This document shows positions 8,791 through 17,450 of a stretch of 64,000 nucleotides of DNA, one piece after another. Source of the stretch: a virus. Within the stretch, counting starts at the first letter, position 1; each line of letters opens with the position of its first letter. The notes beneath the pieces were generated by a model. It saw only the letters and a list, made by a program, of their open reading frames with translations. It had not been told where the DNA came from and searched no databases. Both the position numbers and the translations under genes were made by a program. The stretch lies in IMG/VR virus record IMGVR_UViG_3300032235_000467. One strand, written 5' to 3'.

Positions 8791-10858
8791 TGTAACCCCA
8801 GGTCTGATCCCAATTCCTCCTAACGGTTGGGGAGCTGTAGAGAAGATTATATGGGAAACCCACAAAGCACTGTTAAAACTAGGGCATGATGCTACAATAG
8901 AGTACTTAGATGATGTAAAAGACTATGATGTAGTCCATATTCATGTAGCTAACCTTGCAAATATCGCACATGAAAGAGGCATTCCTTACTATTTTACTAT
9001 GCATGACCACCATGCGTATCTATATGGAAAAGACTCAGAAGTTTTCAAAGAAAACATGCTTGCGATCAAAAATGCCAAAAAAGCATTCGTCCCAGCAAAA
9101 TTCTTGGTCGGTTATTTTGGAAACATACCGGAATATTTCTCACATGGAGTTAACACAGACTACTTCAAACCTAGTAAATCTAGTCCTCATAAGCTACTTT
9201 GTGTCGCTAATAATGGGTTTATACACAATCAGTCTGAAGATAGAAAGGGTTTTGGTTTAGCTATAGAGGCCGCAAAGAATTTAAACCTTCCTATAACAAT
9301 AGCAGGGCCTAGCAATAACAAAAAATATTTTGAGAAGTACCCACCAGACTACGATAAGCTAACTATACTGTATGATTTGACTGAAGATGAATTGAAAAAT
9401 CTTTATAAAGATCATACTTGTTTTATTCATATGTCTATTCTAGAAGCTGGACACCCTAATTTAACCTTATTAGAGGCTATGGCTTCAGGATTACCAATTA
9501 TTGGTACATATGAAGAGGATAATTCATTAGAAGGTATGATTAAAGTAGAAAGAAATGTGGAACAGATGATAAAAGCTATAGTAGAAGTACTATGGGATCC
9601 TTTTACATACGGTATATATTCTGAAAAAGCAAGACAACAAGCCCTAGATTTATCTTGGGACAACAGAACAAAAGAACTATTAAAACATTACAAAATGACT
9701 CTTAGAGATCAAATGGTAAACAGTTATAGAAATACTAATATTTTAAATATAAAATCTAAATCACATGCTCCTACCTTCAATATGAATTTTATAGAAGGTG
9801 CTTTTTTTGAAATATTAGGAGGTCCCGATAGGGAATATACTGTTCAGTTTATAAACAAAAAAACTGGAGAAATAGCACATAAATCTGATATAAAAAAGGA
9901 TCATTGGGTAAAAGCATCCATTTCATATTTTGTAGATTGGGACATATTTGTAGATGATGGTCTGAGTTCTTATGATTTCAAGCCTGATTATACAGGTAAA
10001 AGAGTGTATGTGGCTTTAGATTCAAAAGCCCTTGGGGATACCCTAGCTTGGTTTCCATATGTAGAAGAATTTAGAAAGAAGCACAATTGCAAGATGGTAT
10101 GTTCTACCTTTTGGAATCACTTCTTTGAATCAGAGTACCCAGAAATTGAGTTTGTAAAACCTGGGGAAGTGGTACATAATCTATATGCTATGTACACTTT
10201 AGGGTGGTTCTACAATGCAGATGGGTCTTTTAATATTTTAAAGACACCGGGAGATTTTAGGGATCAGTCTCTTCAAAAGACAGCTTCAGATATACTAGGG
10301 TTGGAATTTGAGGAGATTAGACCAAAGATTAAAAAGCCTGTTGCTGGTCTAAAAGAAAAGAAAGTAACGATTGCAATGCATTCTACAGCACAATGCAAGT
10401 ATTGGAACAATAAAACTGGATGGCAAGAATTGGTTGACAATCTGTTATTAAATGGATATGAAGTAGTAATGGTATCAAAAGAAGAGGATGGATATATGGG
10501 AAATAAATACCCCAAAGGAGTTACACTATTGATGGATACCAGTCTAGAGTCAGTAATGTTTGAAATGCTAACCTCTCAAATGTTTATTGGTATAAGCAGC
10601 GGACTAAGCTGGCTAGCCTGGTCTTTAGGAGTAAATACCTGCTTAATATCCGGAATAACCAAGCCTGAGTCTGATTTTACCCCAACCGTGAGGATTTCAC
10701 CTAAAGAATCGGTATGTAGGTTCTGTTTCAATAAAGAGAAGCTAGATGCAGGGGATTGGAACTGGTGTCCTAAGCATAAAGGAACAGATAGACAGTTTGA
10801 GTGTACAAAGACTATAACTGCACAGGATGTAATAGCAGAAATATATAAAATGCTGTAA
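8777..10858 (+). CDS. GT4 glycosyltransferase fused to Aah/TibC-family autotransporter O-heptosyltransferase
   Basis: N-half GT4 (IPPNGWGAVEKIIWE, EAGHPNLTLLEAMASGLPII). C-half has ALGDTLAWFPY, STAQCKYWNN..GW, FIGISSGLSWLAW and CRFC...WCPKHKGTDRQFECTKTIT, matching the iron-binding four-Cys motif of Aah/TibC. Confidence 0.85.
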   Translation: MKIVNVTPGLIPIPPNGWGAVEKIIWETHKALLKLGHDATIEYLDDVKDYDVVHIHVANLANIAHERGIPYYFTMHDHHAYLYGKDSEVFKENMLAIKNAKKAFVPAKFLVGYFGNIPEYFSHGVNTDYFKPSKSSPHKLLCVANNGFIHNQSEDRKGFGLAIEAAKNLNLPITIAGPSNNKKYFEKYPPDYDKLTILYDLTEDELKNLYKDHTCFIHMSILEAGHPNLTLLEAMASGLPIIGTYEEDNSLEGMIKVERNVEQMIKAIVEVLWDPFTYGIYSEKARQQALDLSWDNRTKELLKHYKMTLRDQMVNSYRNTNILNIKSKSHAPTFNMNFIEGAFFEILGGPDREYTVQFINKKTGEIAHKSDIKKDHWVKASISYFVDWDIFVDDGLSSYDFKPDYTGKRVYVALDSKALGDTLAWFPYVEEFRKKHNCKMVCSTFWNHFFESEYPEIEFVKPGEVVHNLYAMYTLGWFYNADGSFNILKTPGDFRDQSLQKTASDILGLEFEEIRPKIKKPVAGLKEKKVTIAMHSTAQCKYWNNKTGWQELVDNLLLNGYEVVMVSKEEDGYMGNKYPKGVTLLMDTSLESVMFEMLTSQMFIGISSGLSWLAWSLGVNTCLISGITKPESDFTPTVRISPKESVCRFCFNKEKLDAGDWNWCPKHKGTDRQFECTKTITAQDVIAEIYKML

Positions 10859-10876
10859 GATATAGAGTTTTCAGTC

Positions 10877-10885
10877 ATATTTATA
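10877..10885 (+). promoter_or_regulatory. Putative phage late promoter ATATTTATA
   Basis: Motif recurs upstream of many structural genes (also 17409, 25884, 29794, 32092, 33293, 35136, 36185). Confidence 0.6.
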
Positions 10886-10888
10886 TAC

Positions 10889-10925
10889 GCCTATATAGGC
10901 CAGCGAAAGCTGCGTGTAAATACAC
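10889..10925 (+). promoter_or_regulatory. Structured 5' leader: three adjacent 4-bp tetraloop hairpins
   Basis: GCCT-ATAT-AGGC, CAGC-GAAA-GCTG, then C, then GTGT-AAAT-ACAC, between the promoter motif and the ATG at 10942. Confidence 0.5.
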
Positions 10926-10941
10926 TTAGAGACTCATACAT

Positions 10942-13900
10942 ATGGCCCAAATACTCAAACTCCGCAGGAGCGCTATATCTGGCGCTAAACCAACTATATC
11001 CCAGATAGAATTTGGTGAAGTAGCAATGAACACAGCTGATGGAAAGCTGTTCATGAAAGTTAGCGGTAGCGGAGGAGACAGCGTAATAGAGATTGGTGCC
11101 AATTCAGGAAATGTATCAGGGTCATTATATTACGTACCGGTATTTACAGGAGTCAATTCAGTAGGCACAAGCTCAATATACCAATCAGGGTCCTTTACCT
11201 CTATAAGGAAAACCACAGTTCCTGTAAATCCAACAAATCCAGATATACTATTTGTAAACGGAGAAGGAGTCAACACTTACAATCTTATATCTGCACACAG
11301 TAATTTAAATAGCTATGTGCAGGTAAACGTACAAAACTACAGTTCAGGGGCTTTTGCCTCTTCAGATATAGTAGCTACCGCAAACGATGGTACTGAAACT
11401 ACCAAGTACATTAACATGGGTATTAATAGTAGTCAGTACACTTCTCCAGATTTTATTGGATCTGCAGGGGATGCGTATTTGTACTCTACTGGTAATGACT
11501 TATATATAGGAAATGCTATTCCCAATAAAAGAGTAATAATATTTAATGGAGGCTTTGATGCTTTTGTACATTCTAAGGTTTTCATACACGAACAAGGTAC
11601 TATAGGCATTAATACCGATACTATTGATTATGACTACCCATCTTCTTTAAGAGTATTTGCAGCAAATACTAGTTCTTTTAACTTAATATACGCACAAGCA
11701 AATGTAAATAACTACTCCCAAATTAATATAAAAAATATAAGCAGTGGGGAGGAAGCATCTTCTGATATAGTAGCTACTGCAGATGATGGAGATGAGGAAC
11801 AGGGGTATATAAATATGGGAATAAACTCTTCCCAGTTTCAAAAGCCCAATACTATAGGAAATCCTAGAGATGGGTATCTATATTCAACAGGTAATGATCT
11901 TTGTATAGGAAATGCTGTTCCAAATAAACAAGTTATTATTTTTAACGGAGGGTTTGATGTAGTCGAAAATGCAAGACTGTGGGTACATAGTCAGGGAACA
12001 GTAAGTATAAACACAGATCAGTATAATGTTAATAATCCGCCATCTTTAGTTGTATATGCTCCAAATACAACAACTAATACATTAATTGAAGGAGTTGGTC
12101 AATCTAATCAATTTTTACAATTAGCAATAGCTAATCAAAGTAGTGGTTCATTTGCCTCATCTGATATAGTTGCCTATAATGATATAGATCCCACAAATCA
12201 AGGAGTTGGATTCATTGATATGGGTATTAGCTCAACTACTTTTAATGATCCCACAAACTATCCAGGATGGGAACCTGGAGAATCATATGTTTATACGGAT
12301 GCTGCTGGAATGACGATAGGAACCACAGCAGATAGTAGTGAAATACACATATTTGCTGGGGGTATTAATCCTGTTGAAAATACTAAATTATTAATAAGAT
12401 CAAATAATCAACACGAATTAACTGGTTCTTTAAATATAAGTGGATCGCTAGTTGTTAATAATGGAATTACAGGCTCCTTATTTGGTACAGCTAGTTGGGC
12501 ATTAAATGCTATAACTGCTTCATATATAACTGCTTCTAATGTTTATGGTCCATATGGCCAAAACAGTGTAATAAGCGCATCACATGCTGTTACAGCATCA
12601 TCAGCGGATGATTTCCTTGTTAGAGGGACCTTAACCGCACAGACTATAATAGTACAAACTATAACATCATCTGTAGAGTTTGTAACGGGATCTACTCATT
12701 TTGGAACTATTATCCAAAATACACATGAATTTACTGGATCCTTATCAATATCTGGATCCTTAGTAATTAACGGCACTTCTTATACAGCAGCCACTTCTGG
12801 AACTAGCGGAACTTCTGGAACAAGCGGATCCTCAGGCACTTCTGGAACCTCTGGATCCTCTGGGTCTACAGGTACTTCCGGATCTTCAGGTAGTACTGGA
12901 ACAAGCGGTAGTGCTGGTACTAGTGGTTCATCTGGCTCATCCGGTTCCTCAGGAACTTCAGGTACTAGCGGTACATCAGGAAGTAGTGGGTCCACCGGTA
13001 CATCAGGAAGTTCAGGATCATCTGGAAGTACTGGCAGCAGTGGAACTAGTGGCACATCCGGCAGCTCAGGCTCTACTGGTACAAGTGGCACATCTGGTTC
13101 ATCTGGAAGTTCTGGATCAACAGGATCCTCCGGTACATCAGGAACATCAGGCAGCTCAGGATCCTCCGGATTTTCTGGCAGTAGTGGATCTAGTGGTTCT
13201 TCGGGATCTACTGGAACTAGTGGTACTTCAGGTACATCAGGAACCTCTGGATCTAGCGGTAGTACTGGTACAAGTGGAACTTCTGGTAGCAGTGGAACAA
13301 GTGGTACATCTGGCTCATCAGGATCCTCTGGTTCTTCAGGGTTATCTGGAACTAGTGGCTCTTCAGGAACATCTGGCTCTTCTGGATCTACAGGAACTTC
13401 AGGTACTTCTGGAAGTAGTGGATCATCTGGTTCTACAGGAAGTTCAGGTACATCAGGAAGCTCAGGTACAAGCGGATCTACAGGTACAAGCGGAACATCT
13501 GGCTCAACAGGTACAAGCGGATCTTCCGGATCATCAGGCTCTTCTGGCACTAGCGGAACTTCCGGTTCTAGCGGCTCATCCGGGTCTTCAGGAAGTACTG
13601 GTTCATCTGGTTCTAGCGGCTCTTCAGGGTCTAGCGGTTCAACGGGCACAAGTGGAACAAGTGGCACATCAGGATCTTCCGGATCATCAGGCTCTTCTGG
13701 CACAGCTGGGTCATCTGGTACAGGATTTACAACTATAAACAGCCCTGCTGTAGGAAGAGTTTTGTTATCAGACGGTAGTGTAAACGCCGCTACTGCATCT
13801 TCTGCTATAGTATATAATGGAGGAGGACTTAGCATATCAGGAAGCACAACTATTACAGGGTCTTTAACAGTATCAAATACAATAACTGCACAGACTTTAA

Positions 13901-16581
13901 TAGTACAGACAATTACTTCCTCAGTAGAATTCGTAACTGGTTCTACACACTTTGGTACAATTATTCAGAATACTCACGAGTTTACAGGTTCTTTAAGTAT
14001 TTCTGGATCTTTAACTATAAATGGAACATCCTACACTGCTGCTACTTCTGGAACATCAGGTACCAGCGGTACAGCAGGATCATCTGGTTCATCAGGTAGT
14101 ACAGGCACATCAGGAACCTCTGGTTCTAGTGGATCTTCTGGTAGTTCTGGTTCCACTGGAACAAGTGGCACATCAGGATCTAGCGGCAGCTCAGGGTCTT
14201 CTGGTAGCACAGGAACTTCCGGAACAACAGGTACTAGCGGAAGCTCAGGATCCTCTGGAAGTACTGGAACTAGTGGTAGCTCCGGTACAAGCGGAACTTC
14301 TGGGTCTAGCGGCAGCTCAGGATCAACAGGTTCGTCAGGATCTTCAGGGACTGCTGGATCTAGTGGATCCTCTGGTACCTCTGGATCAACTGGGTCTTCT
14401 GGCTCATCTGGATCAACTGGAACTAGTGGGTCTAGCGGTAGCTCTGGTTCATCAGGTTCTACAGGAACCTCTGGTTCAACAGGAACTAGTGGATCCTCTG
14501 GTAGCTCTGGATCAACTGGTACATCCGGGACTAGTGGTTCATCAGGTTCATCTGGAAGTTCCGGTTCAACAGGCACTTCAGGTACATCAGGTAGTAGTGG
14601 TAGCGCAGGATCATCTGGTTCAACAGGCACTAGCGGTACATCTGGTTCCTCTGGTACTAGTGGAAGTGCAGGTTCATCAGGATCTACTGGAACAAGTGGA
14701 ACCTCAGGTACGTCCGGGTCTTCTGGTAGCACAGGATCCAGCGGATCATCAGGAAGCTCAGGCTCCTCTGGATCTACAGGATCTTCAGGTAGTACAGGAA
14801 CCTCAGGTACATCTGGCACATCTGGCACTAGCGGATCCTCTGGTACAGGATTTACAACTATAAACAGTCCTGCACAAGGAAGAGTGTTAGTATCAGACGG
14901 ATCTGTAAATGCAGCTACAGCATCAGCAGTATTATTAGTAAATAATGGAGCGGTAGCAATATCCGGAAGTACTATTATAACAGGATCTCTTACTGTAACA
15001 AATACTATAAGCGCTCTTACTTTAGTAGTTCAAACCATATCGTCTTCAGTAGAATTTGTAACAGGTTCTACTAAGTTCGGATCTATACCATCTAACACAC
15101 ATCAATTTACAGGATCAGTAAGTATTACTGGCTCCTTGATAATAAACGGTACATCCTACACTGCAGCTACTTCCGGAACTTCTGGAACATCTGGCTCAAC
15201 CGGAACTAGTGGATCTTCAGGCACATCCGGTTCTACTGGTACCTCTGGCTCAACAGGAAGTAGTGGCTCAAGTGGTTCTAGTGGTTCAAGTGGATCTTCT
15301 GGTAGTACAGGTACTAGCGGTTCTACTGGTAGCTCAGGCTCTTCTGGTAGCACTGGTAGTAGTGGTAGTACTGGAACAAGTGGATCATCAGGGTCTAGTG
15401 GTTCTTCAGGATCATCTGGCTCTACTGGAACAAGCGGTTCTACGGGAACTAGTGGATCAAGCGGTAGTACTGGCTCTTCTGGCAGCAGTGGGTCTACTGG
15501 CACATCTGGTTCTAGCGGAACAAGTGGAAGTAGCGGTTCATCAGGAAGTACCGGATCTTCTGGCTCAACAGGAAGTAGCGGTTCTAGTGGTTCAAGCGGA
15601 TCTACAGGAACATCTGGCTCAACAGGAACTTCAGGGTCTAGCGGTTCTTCTGGATCAACCGGTACCTCAGGATCAACTGGTACAAGTGGATCTTCAGGTA
15701 GTACAGGAACTAGCGGTACCTCAGGCACATCTGGTTCATCTGGATCATCTGGATCATCAGGTACTAGCGGATCTAGTGGCAGTTCTGGTAGCACAGGAAC
15801 ATCTGGCTCAACAGGAACTAGTGGATCTTCTGGTAGTTCTGGCTCTACTGGATCATCAGGAACTAGTGGATCAAGCGGTACAGGGTTTAATACCATAAGC
15901 AATGCTGGTATTGGTAGAGTTGTAGTATCTGACGGAACTGTCAATGCGGCCACAGCATCAGCTATCTTAACTGTTAATAACGGAGCGGTAAGTATGTCTG
16001 GCAGTGCATTCATAACTGGATCACTGACAGTATCAAATACAATAACTGCACAGACTTTAATAGTACAAACCGTAAGTTCAAGTGTAGTTTTTTCCAGTGG
16101 ATCAAACGTATTTGGAAACAGCTTATCTAATACACATCAGTTTACTGGTAGTGTAACCATAACTGGTAGCTTATCTGTAAATAACAGTAGCGTAGTGCTG
16201 TCTAATCAGACAGGATCAATGTCTGTTTTAACAGCATCACATGCTTTGACAGGAAGCAATCCATTTATAATAGGCAATAGTCAGTTTAACACTACAGGAT
16301 CAGCCACAGCAAATGGAACTACAGCTGTATCTCAGATACCTACAGGATCATACACATCTGCATTCTATAGATATACGCTAGCCTCAGCCTCTAATGCTAG
16401 GGCAGGAGAAGTGATATCTGTATGGAGTGGCTCTGTGGTAAGATTTAGTGAATTCACAACTACGGATATAGGAAACACATCAACAGCTGTATTCTCAGTA
16501 ACTATAAGTTCTGGTAACGTTGTATTGAATCTATCTTCTTCTGGGGGTTGGAATGTAAAATCTATTGCAAATTTATTATAA
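10942..16581 (+). CDS. Giant virion fibre protein (1879 aa) with three Gly-Ser/Thr collagen-like blocks
   Basis: N-terminus MAQILKLRRS...GEVAMNTADGKLF resembles fibre attachment domains. Three ~130-aa repeats (SSDIVA...INMGINSS) precede the (S/T)(S/T)G blocks. Confidence 0.8.
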   Translation: MAQILKLRRSAISGAKPTISQIEFGEVAMNTADGKLFMKVSGSGGDSVIEIGANSGNVSGSLYYVPVFTGVNSVGTSSIYQSGSFTSIRKTTVPVNPTNPDILFVNGEGVNTYNLISAHSNLNSYVQVNVQNYSSGAFASSDIVATANDGTETTKYINMGINSSQYTSPDFIGSAGDAYLYSTGNDLYIGNAIPNKRVIIFNGGFDAFVHSKVFIHEQGTIGINTDTIDYDYPSSLRVFAANTSSFNLIYAQANVNNYSQINIKNISSGEEASSDIVATADDGDEEQGYINMGINSSQFQKPNTIGNPRDGYLYSTGNDLCIGNAVPNKQVIIFNGGFDVVENARLWVHSQGTVSINTDQYNVNNPPSLVVYAPNTTTNTLIEGVGQSNQFLQLAIANQSSGSFASSDIVAYNDIDPTNQGVGFIDMGISSTTFNDPTNYPGWEPGESYVYTDAAGMTIGTTADSSEIHIFAGGINPVENTKLLIRSNNQHELTGSLNISGSLVVNNGITGSLFGTASWALNAITASYITASNVYGPYGQNSVISASHAVTASSADDFLVRGTLTAQTIIVQTITSSVEFVTGSTHFGTIIQNTHEFTGSLSISGSLVINGTSYTAATSGTSGTSGTSGSSGTSGTSGSSGSTGTSGSSGSTGTSGSAGTSGSSGSSGSSGTSGTSGTSGSSGSTGTSGSSGSSGSTGSSGTSGTSGSSGSTGTSGTSGSSGSSGSTGSSGTSGTSGSSGSSGFSGSSGSSGSSGSTGTSGTSGTSGTSGSSGSTGTSGTSGSSGTSGTSGSSGSSGSSGLSGTSGSSGTSGSSGSTGTSGTSGSSGSSGSTGSSGTSGSSGTSGSTGTSGTSGSTGTSGSSGSSGSSGTSGTSGSSGSSGSSGSTGSSGSSGSSGSSGSTGTSGTSGTSGSSGSSGSSGTAGSSGTGFTTINSPAVGRVLLSDGSVNAATASSAIVYNGGGLSISGSTTITGSLTVSNTITAQTLIVQTITSSVEFVTGSTHFGTIIQNTHEFTGSLSISGSLTINGTSYTAATSGTSGTSGTAGSSGSSGSTGTSGTSGSSGSSGSSGSTGTSGTSGSSGSSGSSGSTGTSGTTGTSGSSGSSGSTGTSGSSGTSGTSGSSGSSGSTGSSGSSGTAGSSGSSGTSGSTGSSGSSGSTGTSGSSGSSGSSGSTGTSGSTGTSGSSGSSGSTGTSGTSGSSGSSGSSGSTGTSGTSGSSGSAGSSGSTGTSGTSGSSGTSGSAGSSGSTGTSGTSGTSGSSGSTGSSGSSGSSGSSGSTGSSGSTGTSGTSGTSGTSGSSGTGFTTINSPAQGRVLVSDGSVNAATASAVLLVNNGAVAISGSTIITGSLTVTNTISALTLVVQTISSSVEFVTGSTKFGSIPSNTHQFTGSVSITGSLIINGTSYTAATSGTSGTSGSTGTSGSSGTSGSTGTSGSTGSSGSSGSSGSSGSSGSTGTSGSTGSSGSSGSTGSSGSTGTSGSSGSSGSSGSSGSTGTSGSTGTSGSSGSTGSSGSSGSTGTSGSSGTSGSSGSSGSTGSSGSTGSSGSSGSSGSTGTSGSTGTSGSSGSSGSTGTSGSTGTSGSSGSTGTSGTSGTSGSSGSSGSSGTSGSSGSSGSTGTSGSTGTSGSSGSSGSTGSSGTSGSSGTGFNTISNAGIGRVVVSDGTVNAATASAILTVNNGAVSMSGSAFITGSLTVSNTITAQTLIVQTVSSSVVFSSGSNVFGNSLSNTHQFTGSVTITGSLSVNNSSVVLSNQTGSMSVLTASHALTGSNPFIIGNSQFNTTGSATANGTTAVSQIPTGSYTSAFYRYTLASASNARAGEVISVWSGSVVRFSEFTTTDIGNTSTAVFSVTISSGNVVLNLSSSGGWNVKSIANLL
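12793..13719 (+). repeat. (S/T)-(S/T)-Gly triplet block 1, 103 triplets
   Basis: 927 nt; Gly at every third residue in the translation. Confidence 0.9.
14044..14844 (+). repeat. (S/T)-(S/T)-Gly triplet block 2, 89 triplets
   Basis: 801 nt; period-3 Gly. Confidence 0.9.
15169..15879 (+). repeat. (S/T)-(S/T)-Gly triplet block 3, 79 triplets
   Basis: 711 nt; period-3 Gly. Confidence 0.9.
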
Positions 16582-17387
16582 TGCCAATAACTTTTTTAAA
16601 TAGAAATAACTCAGGAAATCTATCACTTATCAATAGAAGTAACAGCGGTAGACTAAGTATGACAGTAGGAACTTCTATTGTAACAGCAGGATTAGTATTA
16701 AATTTAGATGCTGGTAATCCATCTTCTTATCCTGGTAGTGGAACTACTTGGACAGATTTAACCGTAAATGGGTTCAATGCTTCTATGACCGGTAGCGTTA
16801 GTTATAATAATACACCTCCTCAATATTTTGACTATGCTAATCTTCCAAATTATTTTGTTGGTAATAATAATCTTACTTCTGTAATAAGCACTGCTATAAC
16901 AATTACATCTTGGATAAATGTACGTAATATAGCATCAAGAAGTGTTGTGTTTGATAAATACCAAACACCAACTCTCCCTGCTGGGTATGTTCTTGAAGTA
17001 GGAACAGTCTCCTCCCTTTGGACTAATACAGTAAGATTTTTTGCAGTAGGTTCTACTGGAGATGGTTGGGACCCTAGAGGAGTAAGTAATGCTATACAAG
17101 AGAATGTCCCATGTATGGTATCAGTAACATTAGATCGTACTGCACAACAATCTTCATTGTATGTAAATGGTTCAAGTATATCATATACACAAGGTGGAGG
17201 CCCTATTACTAATTTAGCTTCTAATTGGGCTACAGGAACTAATGTATATACTTTGGGGTCATATCGACCTGACTCTGCTATAGACTCAAACATGTATCAG
17301 TATAATCTATTAATATATAATAGAGCTTTATCCGCATCTGAAATCCTACAAAACTATAATGCACAAAAATCAAAATTTGGGTTATAA
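16581..17387 (+). CDS. LamG/concanavalin A-like lectin-fold virion protein
   Basis: Start at TAATG overlap (16581). GLVLNLDAGNPSSYPGSGTTWTDL...IYNRALSASEILQNYNA is a typical phage LamG-like domain. Confidence 0.8.
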   Translation: MPITFLNRNNSGNLSLINRSNSGRLSMTVGTSIVTAGLVLNLDAGNPSSYPGSGTTWTDLTVNGFNASMTGSVSYNNTPPQYFDYANLPNYFVGNNNLTSVISTAITITSWINVRNIASRSVVFDKYQTPTLPAGYVLEVGTVSSLWTNTVRFFAVGSTGDGWDPRGVSNAIQENVPCMVSVTLDRTAQQSSLYVNGSSISYTQGGGPITNLASNWATGTNVYTLGSYRPDSAIDSNMYQYNLLIYNRALSASEILQNYNAQKSKFGL

Positions 17388-17408
17388 AAAGTATTACTCT
17401 AGATCCTT

Positions 17409-17417
17409 ATATTTATA
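17409..17417 (+). promoter_or_regulatory. Putative phage late promoter ATATTTATA
   Basis: Intergenic copy of the recurrent motif, 33 nt before ATG 17451. Confidence 0.6.
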
Positions 17418-17450
17418 AATGTCTGTTGGAAAGTGAAAACAGTATAAAAT

